Assembly (NCBI GenBank): GCA_951406725.2
Contig: OX597814.1
Location: 143,840,001-143,904,000, forward strand
Origin: Octopus vulgaris
Taxonomy: Eukaryota
Length of the DNA: 64,000 bases
Direction: 5' to 3'
The first letter of the stretch is position 1, and every line of letters begins with the position of its first letter. Below the pieces are notes generated by a model. It saw only the letters and a list, made by a program, of their open reading frames with translations. It did not search any database and was not told the DNA's origin. Of this stretch, positions 1-11,805 are shown one piece after another. Made by a program: the position numbers and the translations under genes.

Positions 1-157
1 AGTCACCAGTTTCCGGCCATGTACGGCCACTGCCGGCATGCATGTATACAATTATATCTGCGTTGATCGCAATAACAGAGTCATTTAGCTCTTATTTCTA
101 ACAGTGTAGGTATTCTAACACCCTCAGTCATAACTTGCTGCCTTGTTTAATTAATTA

Positions 158-191
<34 letters not shown>

Positions 192-304
192 GGTATAACA
201 AAGATGAAGAACACAAGAAACGGGGTATGTTATGGGAAACACTTTTATTCTGAAAATGAACATAAATATAAACATTTATATGGATGGATGTATGGCGGGT
301 TCTT

Positions 305-1075
305 CTGTGCCCCAGGTTTTGGTTGACGCTGCTTTAAATTTATTCTTCAAAGGAAAGACATCCAAATTTGTGAGTGGAAATTACAGAGGAATTAATTTTC
401 TTGAAACAATTGGTAACTTCAGCTTAATCATAAAAGTGCCTATGCTCCTCTATTATCCCAGGAAGTTGATGTGGTTTTAGATCAGGTCGTGGTACAAATG
501 ACATTAGTCTTATTGCTCCTCAACTCAAGAAGAAACGCACCGAACATCTCATAGCTCTTTACCAGGTCATTGTCAATTTAACAAAGGCTTTCGACACTGT
601 TAATAGAATCAATCTTTGGACCATTCTAGGTAAATGGTTATGTCTGCCTCAGTTTGTCAGTTTTAAGCAACTCCATAGTAAGATGAAAGCCCGTTTTAAC
701 TTCAGCATTTCCCTCTCGGGACCAATTTCCATCAGTAACAATGCCGAATAAGGTGAAATTCCTGCTCCAGCACTTTTTACCATATATTTTGCTGTGTCTG
801 TTTCGTACGCTTTCTAGAACTGTGATATCAGCGTCTACATTCATTCAGAACCACAGTTAAGGGTTATATAATACGCTTCAACGGAAAATCGAAGACTTTA
901 CAGGGCCTGGAAAGTCTTCGATTTTCAGTTGAACTCCTTTGTATTGACGATGTAGTTCCCGTTGATCAGACAGAAGAAAACATGAAGGTTATAATGAATC
1001 TCTTCTTAGGGCATGCACTGCTTTCGGAAATACAATCAGTCTGAAGAAGACATAAGTCATGTTTCTCAGCCTCCA
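305..1075 (+). mobile_element. Decayed RTE-clade LINE reverse transcriptase fragment
   Basis: Broken frames give GNYRGI, KAFDTV and an LF-x-DD...EE-x-M...FG-x-TISLKKT-like segment typical of RTE/BovB RT; many stops and frameshifts. Confidence 0.7.
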
Positions 1076-2122
1076 TGCCAGCCCTATATCGAACCTATAT
1101 ATATATATTACCAATGTCACACACTTACTGTATGGGTTTGCTTACGAGCCTACTGGTTGAGGGATAGCGTCAGGGAAAAATCTCTTGATGATACCGAGTG
1201 TTTAAAAACTGAATACTTCAAAACATGCAAGAGAAAGCCTCCTTAGATGATCAAGAATGAAGGATGTCAATATTTCACTATTTATGGAGCTCTTCGGCAT
1301 CGTGTATTCGAGTCACCTTGGAACGAACTGCAATCGCTGTTCTGAGGCTTATATAGAAATAATACAGAGTCTATCTACTAATGTGTACTAGCGCAGCACA
1401 AGCAGCCCTAATAATGTAAACATTACCGCTGGCACATAAATAAAAATACGTGTTTCGTTTATGCGCTCATTGCCTGAGGTATAGCGTCAATAGAAAAAAT
1501 GACTCGAGTACAATTTGTTGAGGAGCTGCAAAAACACCGAAATATCGATATCCATCATTCACGATCACCTAGGGAGTGAGTTGTCTTGCCTGGTTTCTAT
1601 GCACATGCAATTGCTTGTATATACTTGTGTGTGTGTGTGTGTCTATGTGTGTGTGTGTGTGTGTGGGGGGTGTATGTGTGTGTGTGTGTTCAAATGAAAT
1701 TAAATAAAGATCAAGGGAACAGGAATTATGTCATCAGCATAATAACCTTACAGCTGTTTCTGCTATAAGATGCAGTGCATTCAGAGCTGAGTGCTTGTGC
1801 TTTACCTTATAGCTCCATCAGAGCTTCTTGATTACGTAACTGCCGTTCCTCTTTTTTTATTTTCTTAGTATGCTTTGTACTCGTCTAACGCTTTAGTATG
1901 CACCATGTATGTATGACTACCATATTTTCCGGCATGCAATTCGACATATACTATAAACATGTAATGCAAACAATGGAACATCGTCGCTATCTTTCCAAAT
2001 TCTGCTGCATATTTTACGGAAATTTTGGTCCACCAAAGTCGTCTTGGTGTATAAGTCAACTTACCTTTTTTAGGTGTAAAGTTTGGTCTGCTAAATTCGA
2101 CTTCATTCAGGAAAATATGGCA

Positions 2123-2158
<36 letters not shown>

Positions 2159-2189
2159 CGTGCGCCGGCGTGCGTGTTTGTGTTTGGTG

Positions 2190-2386
2190 ATCATAATGAC
2201 AGTGAAGAACGACCGCCTTTTGGTCGAATGAATTGACCCCAAGGCTTATTCTTTGTAAACCTTGAATTTATTCCATCGGCCTCCTTTGCCGAATCGCCAA
2301 TTTACTGGAGGTAAACATACCAACATCGGTTGTCGAGCGATGGTGGGGTGGGACAAGCACAAACACAAAGACACACACATAAACAT

Positions 2387-2429
<43 letters not shown>

Positions 2430-2480
2430 CGACAGGCTTCTTTCTGCTTCTGTCTACACTATCCACGCACAAGGCCAGAT
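2190..2480 (-). mobile_element. SINE family B fragment (internal CA/TA microsatellite)
   Basis: Reverse complement resembles the copies at 24241 and 58878. Confidence 0.65.
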
Positions 2481-3232
2481 ACGTGTTATTTGTTTTTTTG
2501 TTTTTTACAGCTGTTAGAATTTCTCAGGTTGAATTTGTAGTCGTGACGGCTCTTAATTCTATCTCCGTTTTTTCTTTTGTATATATGCTTATTTTGTATT
2601 TATATTGTTTTTCTGCAGTACATATATGGGAGTAGCTCGTTCATTTTATACTGGACGTATTGTATTTGATGATTTAAATTGGATTGTTGAAGCTCTAAGC
2701 GCATGATGCGATACAAATTTACGCTTTACTGTTGCAGGTGGGTATTTTCAGCAGGATTATCATAGAAAAGTTGTATAGCATTAGCTAAACCCTGATTGAG
2801 CAGGCATATCATTAAAAGCATTCAGCTTGATCATCCAGTTTCTATAAGATATTTATGATTATATGCTCTAACAATTTTTTTAGCTCGTAGATTATAATTA
2901 AAGGGGTAATTTGCAGTTATGGTGAATAAAGTCAACGCAGAAAGTTTCCTTTATTAACTGATCGAATAGAAGCAGTTATATAAGGCTTTCACAAAAGGAT
3001 TAGGTGTTAGAATCTGTTAAACTGCTTGGCATTTTGCTTCAAAAAAGAAAAGTATCTTGTACGTTCAATAAAATTAGCAAGACACCGAATCAATAGAGCC
3101 CCCATGGTTTAAAGACTGAAAACGACATTCTTTACATAAATCTCGTATCAGATTCGATATCGGATTTTGCCAAATCTGGTACCGACTTTATTTTCGAAGT
3201 GGGGGACTCTCGACCTATTTATCTATTTACCA

Positions 3233-3340
<108 letters not shown>

Positions 3341-3775
3341 GTGTGCATGTGTATGCGTACAAAGGACCGAAAGTGCAGGTATGTAAGTAACTATATCTGG
3401 GTACTGACACACCTACTATTTTACCTTTTTGTATGTTTTATTCTCATTATTCTTATTTTTCTTAATTACTCCCTGAGTGTATTTATAACTTTGCAATGGT
3501 ATTTTTCCCTCGCCATTCCCGCCCAACGGATTAAACCTACGAACACTTACAAATGATGTATTAAATCCGAACAGAACAGAGTTTATTTAACGAGATACCT
3601 TTTATTACGTCACCTTAAAAGACGCCCTTGCAGCGAAGGATGCAACACAACTTGTATAGTTTACCCCCGCGATGGATCAATGCAGGATGTGTCGACACGA
3701 TCGTTGTGAGCAACAAAGTTTCCAGCGTATACCACTTCCTTCTCTATCATTTGTCTATCATTTGTTTTATATTTG

Positions 3776-3820
<45 letters not shown>

Positions 3821-4307
3821 TTATATATATGTATATAGGGAGAGTTTATGAAAAAGAGAAAAGACGAAGACAGGTGGTGTACAAAACAAACAGATGTATT
3901 AGTATAACGCTCAGGAATAGAAAAAGTCTTTTACGTTTCGAGCCTGAGCTCTTCTACAGAAAGGGACACAGAAAAAACAAGGAGAGAAAAAAATGTGTGT
4001 AGTGGCTAACGACCTATCATGGCGACTGACTCGGACAGAAGGTGCGTGTGTGTATAAGAAGGTGTGTGTGTGTATAAGAGAGTATGTAGGTCCATGTGAA
4101 AGAGGGCTGGTGGTATGGACGTGTGCGTGTATGTATGTGTAGGTGTGAAAATGTGGGGATGGGTGTGTGGGTGGTGTGTGGTGATGTGATGTGTAATGTT
4201 GTATGGTGCGGTGTGGTGTAGTGTGATGTTGTTGGGAGGTGGGGGAGGCGAGAGTGGGGAAAGTACGGGTGGGGTGCGGATATATATATATGTATACATA
4301 TATTTTA

Positions 4308-4384
<77 letters not shown>

Positions 4385-4399
4385 TTTTAGTCTTTCCTT

Positions 4400-4620
4400 T
4401 CATTCTTTTACTTGTTTCAGTCATATAACTGCGGCCAGGCTGGAGCACCATCTTGAAGAGTTCTTTTTTTAGTTGAAGAAATCGATCCCATTCTTTATTT
4501 TTAAAGCCAAGTACTCGTTCTATCATTCTCTTTGCCGAACCGCTAGTTTACGGGGACGTAAACAACCAGCACCGGTTGTCGAACGGTAATGGGGAGGGAC
4601 AAATACAGACACAAGGGCAT

Positions 4621-4657
<37 letters not shown>

Positions 4658-4835
4658 ACGATAAATATATATGACAGGCTTCTTTCAGTTTCCACCTGCC
4701 AAATCCACTCACAAAGCTTTGGTCGACACGAAGCTATAGTAGAAGACACTTGCCCACGGTACTACACAGTGGTACTGAATCCGGAACCACGTGTTTGGTA
4801 AGCAAAACTTGTTACCATACTGCGACGCCCGCGCG
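4400..4835 (-). mobile_element. SINE family B copy
   Basis: Reverse complement matches 24241-24690 (cttttacttgtttcagtca...gccgaaccgct...caaatccactcacaaagc...cacttgccc). Confidence 0.8.
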
Positions 4836-4988
4836 TGTATATATAAAATAAATATGACGGCATAAAATTTCATTGCTACTATGGGAAATTATTGCTCTGC
4901 TTTACGTGTTTTCACTTTAAGAGCAGTGACTGAGTACAAATTAACTTGTATATCGAGGCAATACTGTATATGTATGTATGTGTGTGTT

Positions 4989-5045
<57 letters not shown>

Positions 5046-5479
5046 AGGAGGGTGTATGTATTTTTGAATGAAGGTATGTACGATATGTATAAATATATAT
5101 ATACTCATATATCTATGTACGTATGTGTATGCATATATGTGTGTGTGTGTGTGTATACATGTACGTACGTACGTACGTATGTATGTATGTATGTATGTAT
5201 GTATGTATGTACATATACTGTGATCATTGCATATTTTGTCAGGAACTACTATCTAGAATTTAATACCGCAGTTTTTACACTATCGAGTATCTGATTTGAA
5301 ATGAAGAAGATTAGGCTGATATTTCTAGCAGCTCCAGCAAACGTTCAAAGGCTGAAATCTGTTTCTCCCAGTATGCGAACTGGTGCAAATTTCTGCGCTG
5401 AGCATTCCTGTGCATGCATGTTTGTGTGCATGTAAGTAAAAAATGTGTATATATTTTTAGTGGTGTTGCTCCGTGATTA

Positions 5480-6740
5480 TATGTCTCTGACTTTTGGTAG
5501 TTTCAGTTAATATTTTCCTGAGATTTTATGGGAAACAACTAATTTTAAGACCTTATGTAGATATTGTCATCTTGTCGCGGAATAGTTTAGCGTTCATAGT
5601 GGAAACACTTGATAAAGGGCGCTCCATCTGTGACTATCCTGTCATTTTGCTTATCAGATATTACATACGTACATGTGTTTTTTTGAGCGAAAGGACCTTT
5701 GAAGTGAGGAATCTTTAATCATGCCGCCTCATTTACGAATTTCGAAAATGCCATACTACACCCTTTCAAGCTACATCTGCCATTTAAAAGAAAACTATAT
5801 ATTTTCAGGGAGATTGCTGATACATCTAGACTGTAGAATACTAGTAAGGAATGGCCACTTTACATTGCAACAAAAATATGGTTATAAGGAAGACAGGGAA
5901 ACATTTGTATTCTTATACACGTTTATTACTGCAATACACAGTTTAATAAGAAGGGTAGTATTAATTGACATAGTAAGTTGCTAGGCTGACCTTATCGTAC
6001 CTCAAGGTTAATTTTGAGAAAGGTTACTTATAGCTATGGGTTTACATCGATTTAATAAAATGCGGAGATGATGAGTAGAACTCGTGCTTACCAGACAGCA
6101 TTGCATTTGAGAATCTGTTAAGTAATGAGGGGTTGTAGTGGCGAATGATGGTTATCGATTATTCTCATAAATATAATTTTACAAGTGCCGATGGTTGCGT
6201 TGTATGGACAGCCTCACTTACGATGGACCAGGATATGGTATAGGGAATATTTTGACAATTACCGTTGTCTACATAAGTTGCTACAAAGGTAGATAATTTA
6301 GAATTTGGATTAGAGAAAGAGTTCATGTGTGCACAATGGTGGCGCTTGAAATCAACAGTGCTGCCGATAGAGACCCTTGCCTGATGGGGGTGTAGTGTTA
6401 TAACACGGCACTAACAGACTACATTTTTACGCAGACAGAAATTTCCAAGAGGGCACAGTTGAGAAACCTGACAATTGCAAGTTTTCCTACCTGCTACATT
6501 TTATATATATATATCGTAAATACCCCCCCCACCAAAAAAAAAAAAGAACCAAGAACGAACACAAGAAAAAACAACAACGTGAGGACGCGTTACATTCAAA
6601 GTATTAGCAGTCGCTCAGGAAAGGAAAGAAAAGTGGATTTACGTTTCGAGCAAAGCTCTTCTTCAAAAACAGGAGACAGAGGGAAGTCCAAGAGAAAAGA
6701 AAGACGGAGGAAAACAATCGCCACGATTCACATGTGGTTA
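5480..6740 (-). mobile_element. Decayed Penelope-like element remnant
   Basis: Minus-strand residual SWSIVSEA..YN..C-x-LYL-x-E...LLNR resembles the GIY-YIG C-terminus; terminal-repeat-like segment at about 6560-6740. Confidence 0.45.
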
Positions 6741-6744
6741 CATA

Positions 6745-6816
<72 letters not shown>

Positions 6817-6907
6817 TATTATATTAAAGTAACTTGTCGCAATTTAAAGCCAAAAGCAAAAGTACAATCATCAAGTACAATGTTGCTGCTGACTTTCACC
6901 CTTAGTA

Positions 6908-6955
<48 letters not shown>

Positions 6956-6972
6956 CATATATATATATATAC

Positions 6973-7007
<35 letters not shown>

Positions 7008-7061
7008 TGTATGTATGTATGTATGTATGTATGTATGTATGTATGTATGTATGTATGTATG

Positions 7062-7097
<36 letters not shown>

Positions 7098-7111
7098 AGA
7101 GAGAGAGAGAG

Positions 7112-7148
<37 letters not shown>

Positions 7149-7155
7149 TATACAC

Positions 7156-7201
7156 AGTAGCACCTCGGTTTTCGATCAACTCTGATCACGAATAAATCGT
7201 G

Positions 7202-7248
<47 letters not shown>

Positions 7249-7316
7249 TATATCTTTCTATTTATAAAGCACGATTTATTCGCGATCAGATTTGTTCGAA
7301 AACCACGATACTACTG
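7156..7316. mobile_element. Tc1/pogo-type MITE (CAGTAG termini, about 50-bp imperfect inverted arms around a (TA)n core)
   Basis: cagtagcacctcggttttcga...gaataaatcgtgct versus agcacgatttattcgcgatcaga...tcgaaaaccacgatactactg, with TA after the right end. Confidence 0.7.
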
Positions 7317-7755
7317 TATATATATATATACATGCACGACAATGTTACCCGTCATATGACGAGTGATTTTGAATGTTTACTTTTATCATCTTAGACGGAA
7401 ATATGGCATTATATATCAAAAATATGATTTACCTTTTATAAAAATGATAAAATGAATACTAATTTTCAAAAGAAGAATATTTATTAGTTTAAAATGGAAT
7501 TGAATAAATTTCTCATTTATATATTTACAATGTACTATGCAATTATTTCACTAAATTTTACCACCTTTATCGACACTGTTTCCTGGAAAATCTATCACAG
7601 CAAAATGGTAATTTTTCAGAAAGATCGAAATACGTTTTGGTGTCTAACACCTAAGTAGACTTTCTCATTACTCTCTTGTTTGAGAGAAAATAAAAATTCC
7701 GTTACCTCTTCCTTCTCACTTTCTCTCTTTCTGTCCTTACCTCTCTTTCTCTCTG

Positions 7756-7838
<83 letters not shown>

Positions 7839-7842
7839 GAAG

Positions 7843-10800
7843 GTGCAGGCTGCCGCTTTGCACATCCGGGACCCTGCCACAGAAACCAACCACCGAAAGG
7901 AAATGGGATGGACCACGCATCACCTGCCCCAAAACGGAGGTACGCAGATGTGGTGCGTACCACAAACCACCAACGTGTTGTTGAAAGGGCAGCTGCTGAG
8001 CAGGAATCTTTTTTGTGCATGGCACAAAAGATTGTACAGCAGCTAACCTGGCTCCATCAGGCTCAGGCTCGCAGATGGAACTGCCCACAGTTCACAAGAC
8101 CGCCACAGCAGATGGACCCAGGGTGGACACCGCCGGCAACAGCATACACCTCACCTCGATGCTCCTACTGAACATCAGAGGACTACTAACACACAGTAAC
8201 AGGACAAAAGTTCCGTTCCTGAGAGACTTTGTCGCATGCAATCAAGCCTTATGCATAGCACTCACAGAAACACATCTGAAACCGGACATAGCAGATGCGG
8301 AATTACACATACCACAGTATGTTGTACTACGGACCGACAGGAAAGAAAGGAGTCATGTACATCCGTGGGGACCTCACACCCCAGGTCCTTTTGTCATACT
8401 CAAACTCGGTGTGTGACACACTAATTGTACACATAAGGCAACTTGATGTAGTTGTGTGTGCTACATATCGCCCTCCAGATGCCCCAAGTCATATGGGCAA
8501 GTTTGAGGACTGCCTTTTAAAAATAGAAGTTCTAACCACATTAGAACAACACATAAGTGTACTTCTCATGGGAGACTTCAATCTACCGAATGTCAGATGG
8601 CCCGAGGGCCTTTCTCTCCCAGGAATGACAAGATGTGAACGTGGACAGGCGAGGTCCCTCCTGAACCTCACCAACACCCTGTACATGGAGCAAGTAATAC
8701 TGCAACCAACCAGAGCAGGTAACACACTGGATCTCTGCTTCACAAATAATATGGATCTCATCCATAATGTGAAAGTGACACCGACACTACTCTCGGATCA
8801 CAACATGGTAGAGCTGACCATGTACGGGCCAAAAGAGAGCACGGACATGCAGCCTACAAGAAACCCTCAGAATCTTTCCAGCTTGAACTTCAATAAGGCA
8901 AACTGGAAACAAATTGAAAAGAGATCCTCAAACAAAACTGGCCTGAATGTCTCTCCTCGCCGGACATCGACATGATACTTCAACAATTCATGTCTGTAAT
9001 GCAAGCCATATGCTACAAATGTGTCCCAGAGAGAAAGGCCACTGTACACAAGAACAAAATCCCCAGAGAGAGGAAAATTTTAATGAGACGGCGTACAAAA
9101 ATTTCAAATCGCCTAAACAAACAAATTGAAAGCAGTGAAAAGTCCCGCCTGAAGATAAAACTGTTGGAAATTGAAAATTGTCTGCAACTCTCCCATGAGA
9201 AGGAAAGAGCAGACAAAGAAGCCTGGGCTATAGACAACATAAAAACTAACCCCAGAGCTTTCTACAGGTATGCCAAAGAAACAGCTACGGTGCACTGTAG
9301 GATAGGGCCACTCCTTGAAAAGGATGGCACACTCACAGGAAAACCAATGAGGGTAAGTGAAATACTGAATGAACAATTCAAGAGTGTTTTCACTCCACCC
9401 CTTGGGCATTTCCAAATCAGCAATCCAACTGACTTCTTTACCACTGCAGATATAGAATCAGAGGCGGCGACGATAAATTACATCGATATAAAGGAAGACG
9501 ATGTAATAAAGGCTATAGATGAAATGAAAATAGACTCAGCTATTGGCCCCGATGGATTCCCGGCAATCCTCCTAAAAGTGTGTGAGAGAGTCTTAGCGGG
9601 ACCACTGCAGTCCCTCTTTCAGGGCTTCCTTGCAGCTGGCAAACTTCCAAGAAAACTGAAGGAAGGTAAAATATGCCCTATTCATAAAGGAGGTAGCAGA
9701 GCGGAGGCCAAGAACTACAGACCTATCTCTCTGACCTCACACATCAGCAAGGTCATGGAACGAATAGTCAGAAGGAAACTAATCACCTTCCTTGAAGAAA
9801 ATGACTTGCTGCCTGACACCCAACATGGTTTCCGACCAGGAAGAAGCTGCTTAACTCAGCTCCTGCAGCACTATGACTGGGTGCTGAAACAACTGCTCAA
9901 CCACTCAAATGTGGAAGTCATATATCTCGACTTCGCAAAGGCCTTCGATAAAGTCGATCATGGAATGATATGTCACAAACTGCGTGATCTTGGCATAGTT
10001 GGAAAACTAGGAGAATGGCTTCACGACTTTCTGAAGAATAGAAGTCAGGTGGTAGTAGCCAATGGGGCTACTTCCATTAGCACGCAAATAGTGAGCGGTG
10101 TTCCACAGGGCACTGTTTTGGGACCACTACGGTTCATAATGGCCCTCTCAGACATGCCCTCAGCCACGCGGAGAGCCACGATCACAAGTTATGCAGATGA
10201 TACAAAAGTTTCACAGGCAATACAGAACCCTGAAGACACTAAGCACCTGCAATATGAGCTGGACGAAATATACAAGTGGGCTGAAAAGAATAGCATGCAG
10301 TTCAATGCTGAAAAGTTTCAAGCTTTATACTATCAGCATGCAAAACTGAATGCAATACCCAAGGAATACACTGGACCCGGAGGGATTGCAATCCCAGAGG
10401 CACAATCAGTGCGTGACCTGGGTATTCACATGAGTGATGACGCGACCTTTCATGTACATGTTGCTAAACTGACAATGAAATGCAGACGGCTGGCTGGATG
10501 GATTCTTAGAACCTTTAGAACAAGAGAACAAGAAACCATGATGGTCCTCTGGAAGACACTTGTCCTAAGCCACTTTGACTATTGCTCTCAGCTATGGTCA
10601 CCATCCAGTGTCAAGTTGATCACAGAACTTGAGGCGATCCAACGAAGCTACACGAAGAAGATAGCCTCTATGCAGAATGTAAGCTACTGGGAAAGACTCA
10701 AGAGATTAAAATTATATTCCCTGGAGCGTAGGCGGGAAAGATATGCCATAATATACATCTGGAAGATCCTGGAGGGAAGTGTCCTGAACTTTGGCATCGA

Positions 10801-11193
10801 GAGTTACGCAAATGCCAGAACTGGGCGCCACTACGTGGTGCCTAGGACTCCAAACTTGCCATCAAGATGTAGGACAAGATTCTGTGATAGCCTGGGCTTC
10901 CGAGGCCCACAGCTCTTCAATATCCTCCCGAAGAACCTGAGAGACCTGCATGGGATGGATACAGATGTCTTTAAAATGGAGCTGGATCTCTTCCTGTCAG
11001 GTGTCCCAGATGAACCAACTTCACGGCAGGAGGGGCAGATGAGGGCAGCTGCATCGAACTCTCTCATGCACCAAATAGCAGTTGCTAGAAAGCCTCCATG
11101 AAGTGAAACCAAGTAGCAACACCAAATGGCGGTGCCCCAGCATGGCCACAGCTCATAAGCTGAAACTAGAATCAATCAATCAATCAATCAATC
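7843..11193 (+). mobile_element. CR1/L2-group non-LTR retrotransposon, 5'-truncated, ORF2 with two frameshifts, (ATCA)n tail
   Basis: APE endonuclease motifs NIRGL, TETHL, YRPP, GDFN, LDL, SDH across ORFs 8015 and 8295; RT in ORF 8972; tail atcaatcaatca at 11170-11193; GC-richer than the flanks. Confidence 0.93.
8972..11101 (+). CDS. LINE reverse transcriptase (C-terminal part of ORF2; true start lies upstream across frameshifts)
   Basis: 709-aa ORF with GPDGF, NYRPISLTS, QHGFR, YLDFAKAFDKV, GVPQGTVLGP, YADD, RDLG, LERRR. Confidence 0.9.
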   Translation: MILQQFMSVMQAICYKCVPERKATVHKNKIPRERKILMRRRTKISNRLNKQIESSEKSRLKIKLLEIENCLQLSHEKERADKEAWAIDNIKTNPRAFYRYAKETATVHCRIGPLLEKDGTLTGKPMRVSEILNEQFKSVFTPPLGHFQISNPTDFFTTADIESEAATINYIDIKEDDVIKAIDEMKIDSAIGPDGFPAILLKVCERVLAGPLQSLFQGFLAAGKLPRKLKEGKICPIHKGGSRAEAKNYRPISLTSHISKVMERIVRRKLITFLEENDLLPDTQHGFRPGRSCLTQLLQHYDWVLKQLLNHSNVEVIYLDFAKAFDKVDHGMICHKLRDLGIVGKLGEWLHDFLKNRSQVVVANGATSISTQIVSGVPQGTVLGPLRFIMALSDMPSATRRATITSYADDTKVSQAIQNPEDTKHLQYELDEIYKWAEKNSMQFNAEKFQALYYQHAKLNAIPKEYTGPGGIAIPEAQSVRDLGIHMSDDATFHVHVAKLTMKCRRLAGWILRTFRTREQETMMVLWKTLVLSHFDYCSQLWSPSSVKLITELEAIQRSYTKKIASMQNVSYWERLKRLKLYSLERRRERYAIIYIWKILEGSVLNFGIESYANARTGRHYVVPRTPNLPSRCRTRFCDSLGFRGPQLFNILPKNLRDLHGMDTDVFKMELDLFLSGVPDEPTSRQEGQMRAAASNSLMHQIAVARKPP

Positions 11194-11264
11194 ATATATA
11201 CATACATACATTCGCAGACATAAACTTAATATATTGCTTTCAAATTTTGGTACAAGGCTGGTAA

Positions 11265-11450
11265 TTTTGAGAGAGTGGATAAGTCGATTACATTTACCCC
11301 AGTCTTCAACTGGTACTTATTTTACTTATCCCGAAATGATTAAAGGCAAAGTCAACCTTAACGGAATTTGAACTCAGAACGTAAATACAGACGAAATGCC
11401 GCTAAGCATTTTGCCCGGCGTGTTAATGAGTCTGCCTGTTCGCCGCCCTC
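11265..11450 (-). mobile_element. SINE family A copy
   Basis: Reverse complement of ggcggcga...gggcaaaatgcttagcggcatttcgtc...gttctgagttcaaattccg. Confidence 0.75.
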
Positions 11451-11700
11451 AAACACTATCAGAAAATGAATCGATCGATGATATTTCTTACTGTTATGAA
11501 GTATGTTATGTTGATGCTGGAAAATTAATGAAACTTAAACTGTTTACTATCCCTTTATTCGTTTCAGATTATTTATTTAAAAAATAATATTCAATTTAAG
11601 TAAAATTTCGATAAAGAACTGGGCTGTGCAATTATCTTTTATTTCAGAAATCCAATATGCGAAGAAATAATGAATGTCAGTCTTCATTTCATTTTCTCAT

Positions 11701-11805
11701 TTAGTGGGGATAATTGGTTAGCTGATGCTGGGAACCAAAAGTAGGATCACGTTCGAAACCACCATGTTCAGGTGCTGGACAGTTTTCTTTGTTGAGCCTG
11801 ACTTC
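11701..11805 (-). CDS. Cys-rich secreted peptide gene 1, last coding exon (EVRLNKENCPAPEHGGFERDPTFGSQHQLTNYPH*)
   Basis: Acceptor tttctaatttcag, phase 0 matching the donor at 14075; supplies the 8th Cys; aligns with the last exons of genes 2 and 3; AATAAA at 11643-11638. Confidence 0.8.
   Translation of the reverse strand, partial: EVRLNKENCPAPEHGGFERDPTFGSQHQLTNYPH

Noticed and set aside
1753-1812. Plus-strand Cys-containing mini-frame VSAIRCSAFRAECLCFTL*
   Set aside because: Short, opposite strand, Cys spacing does not match and no upstream exon was found
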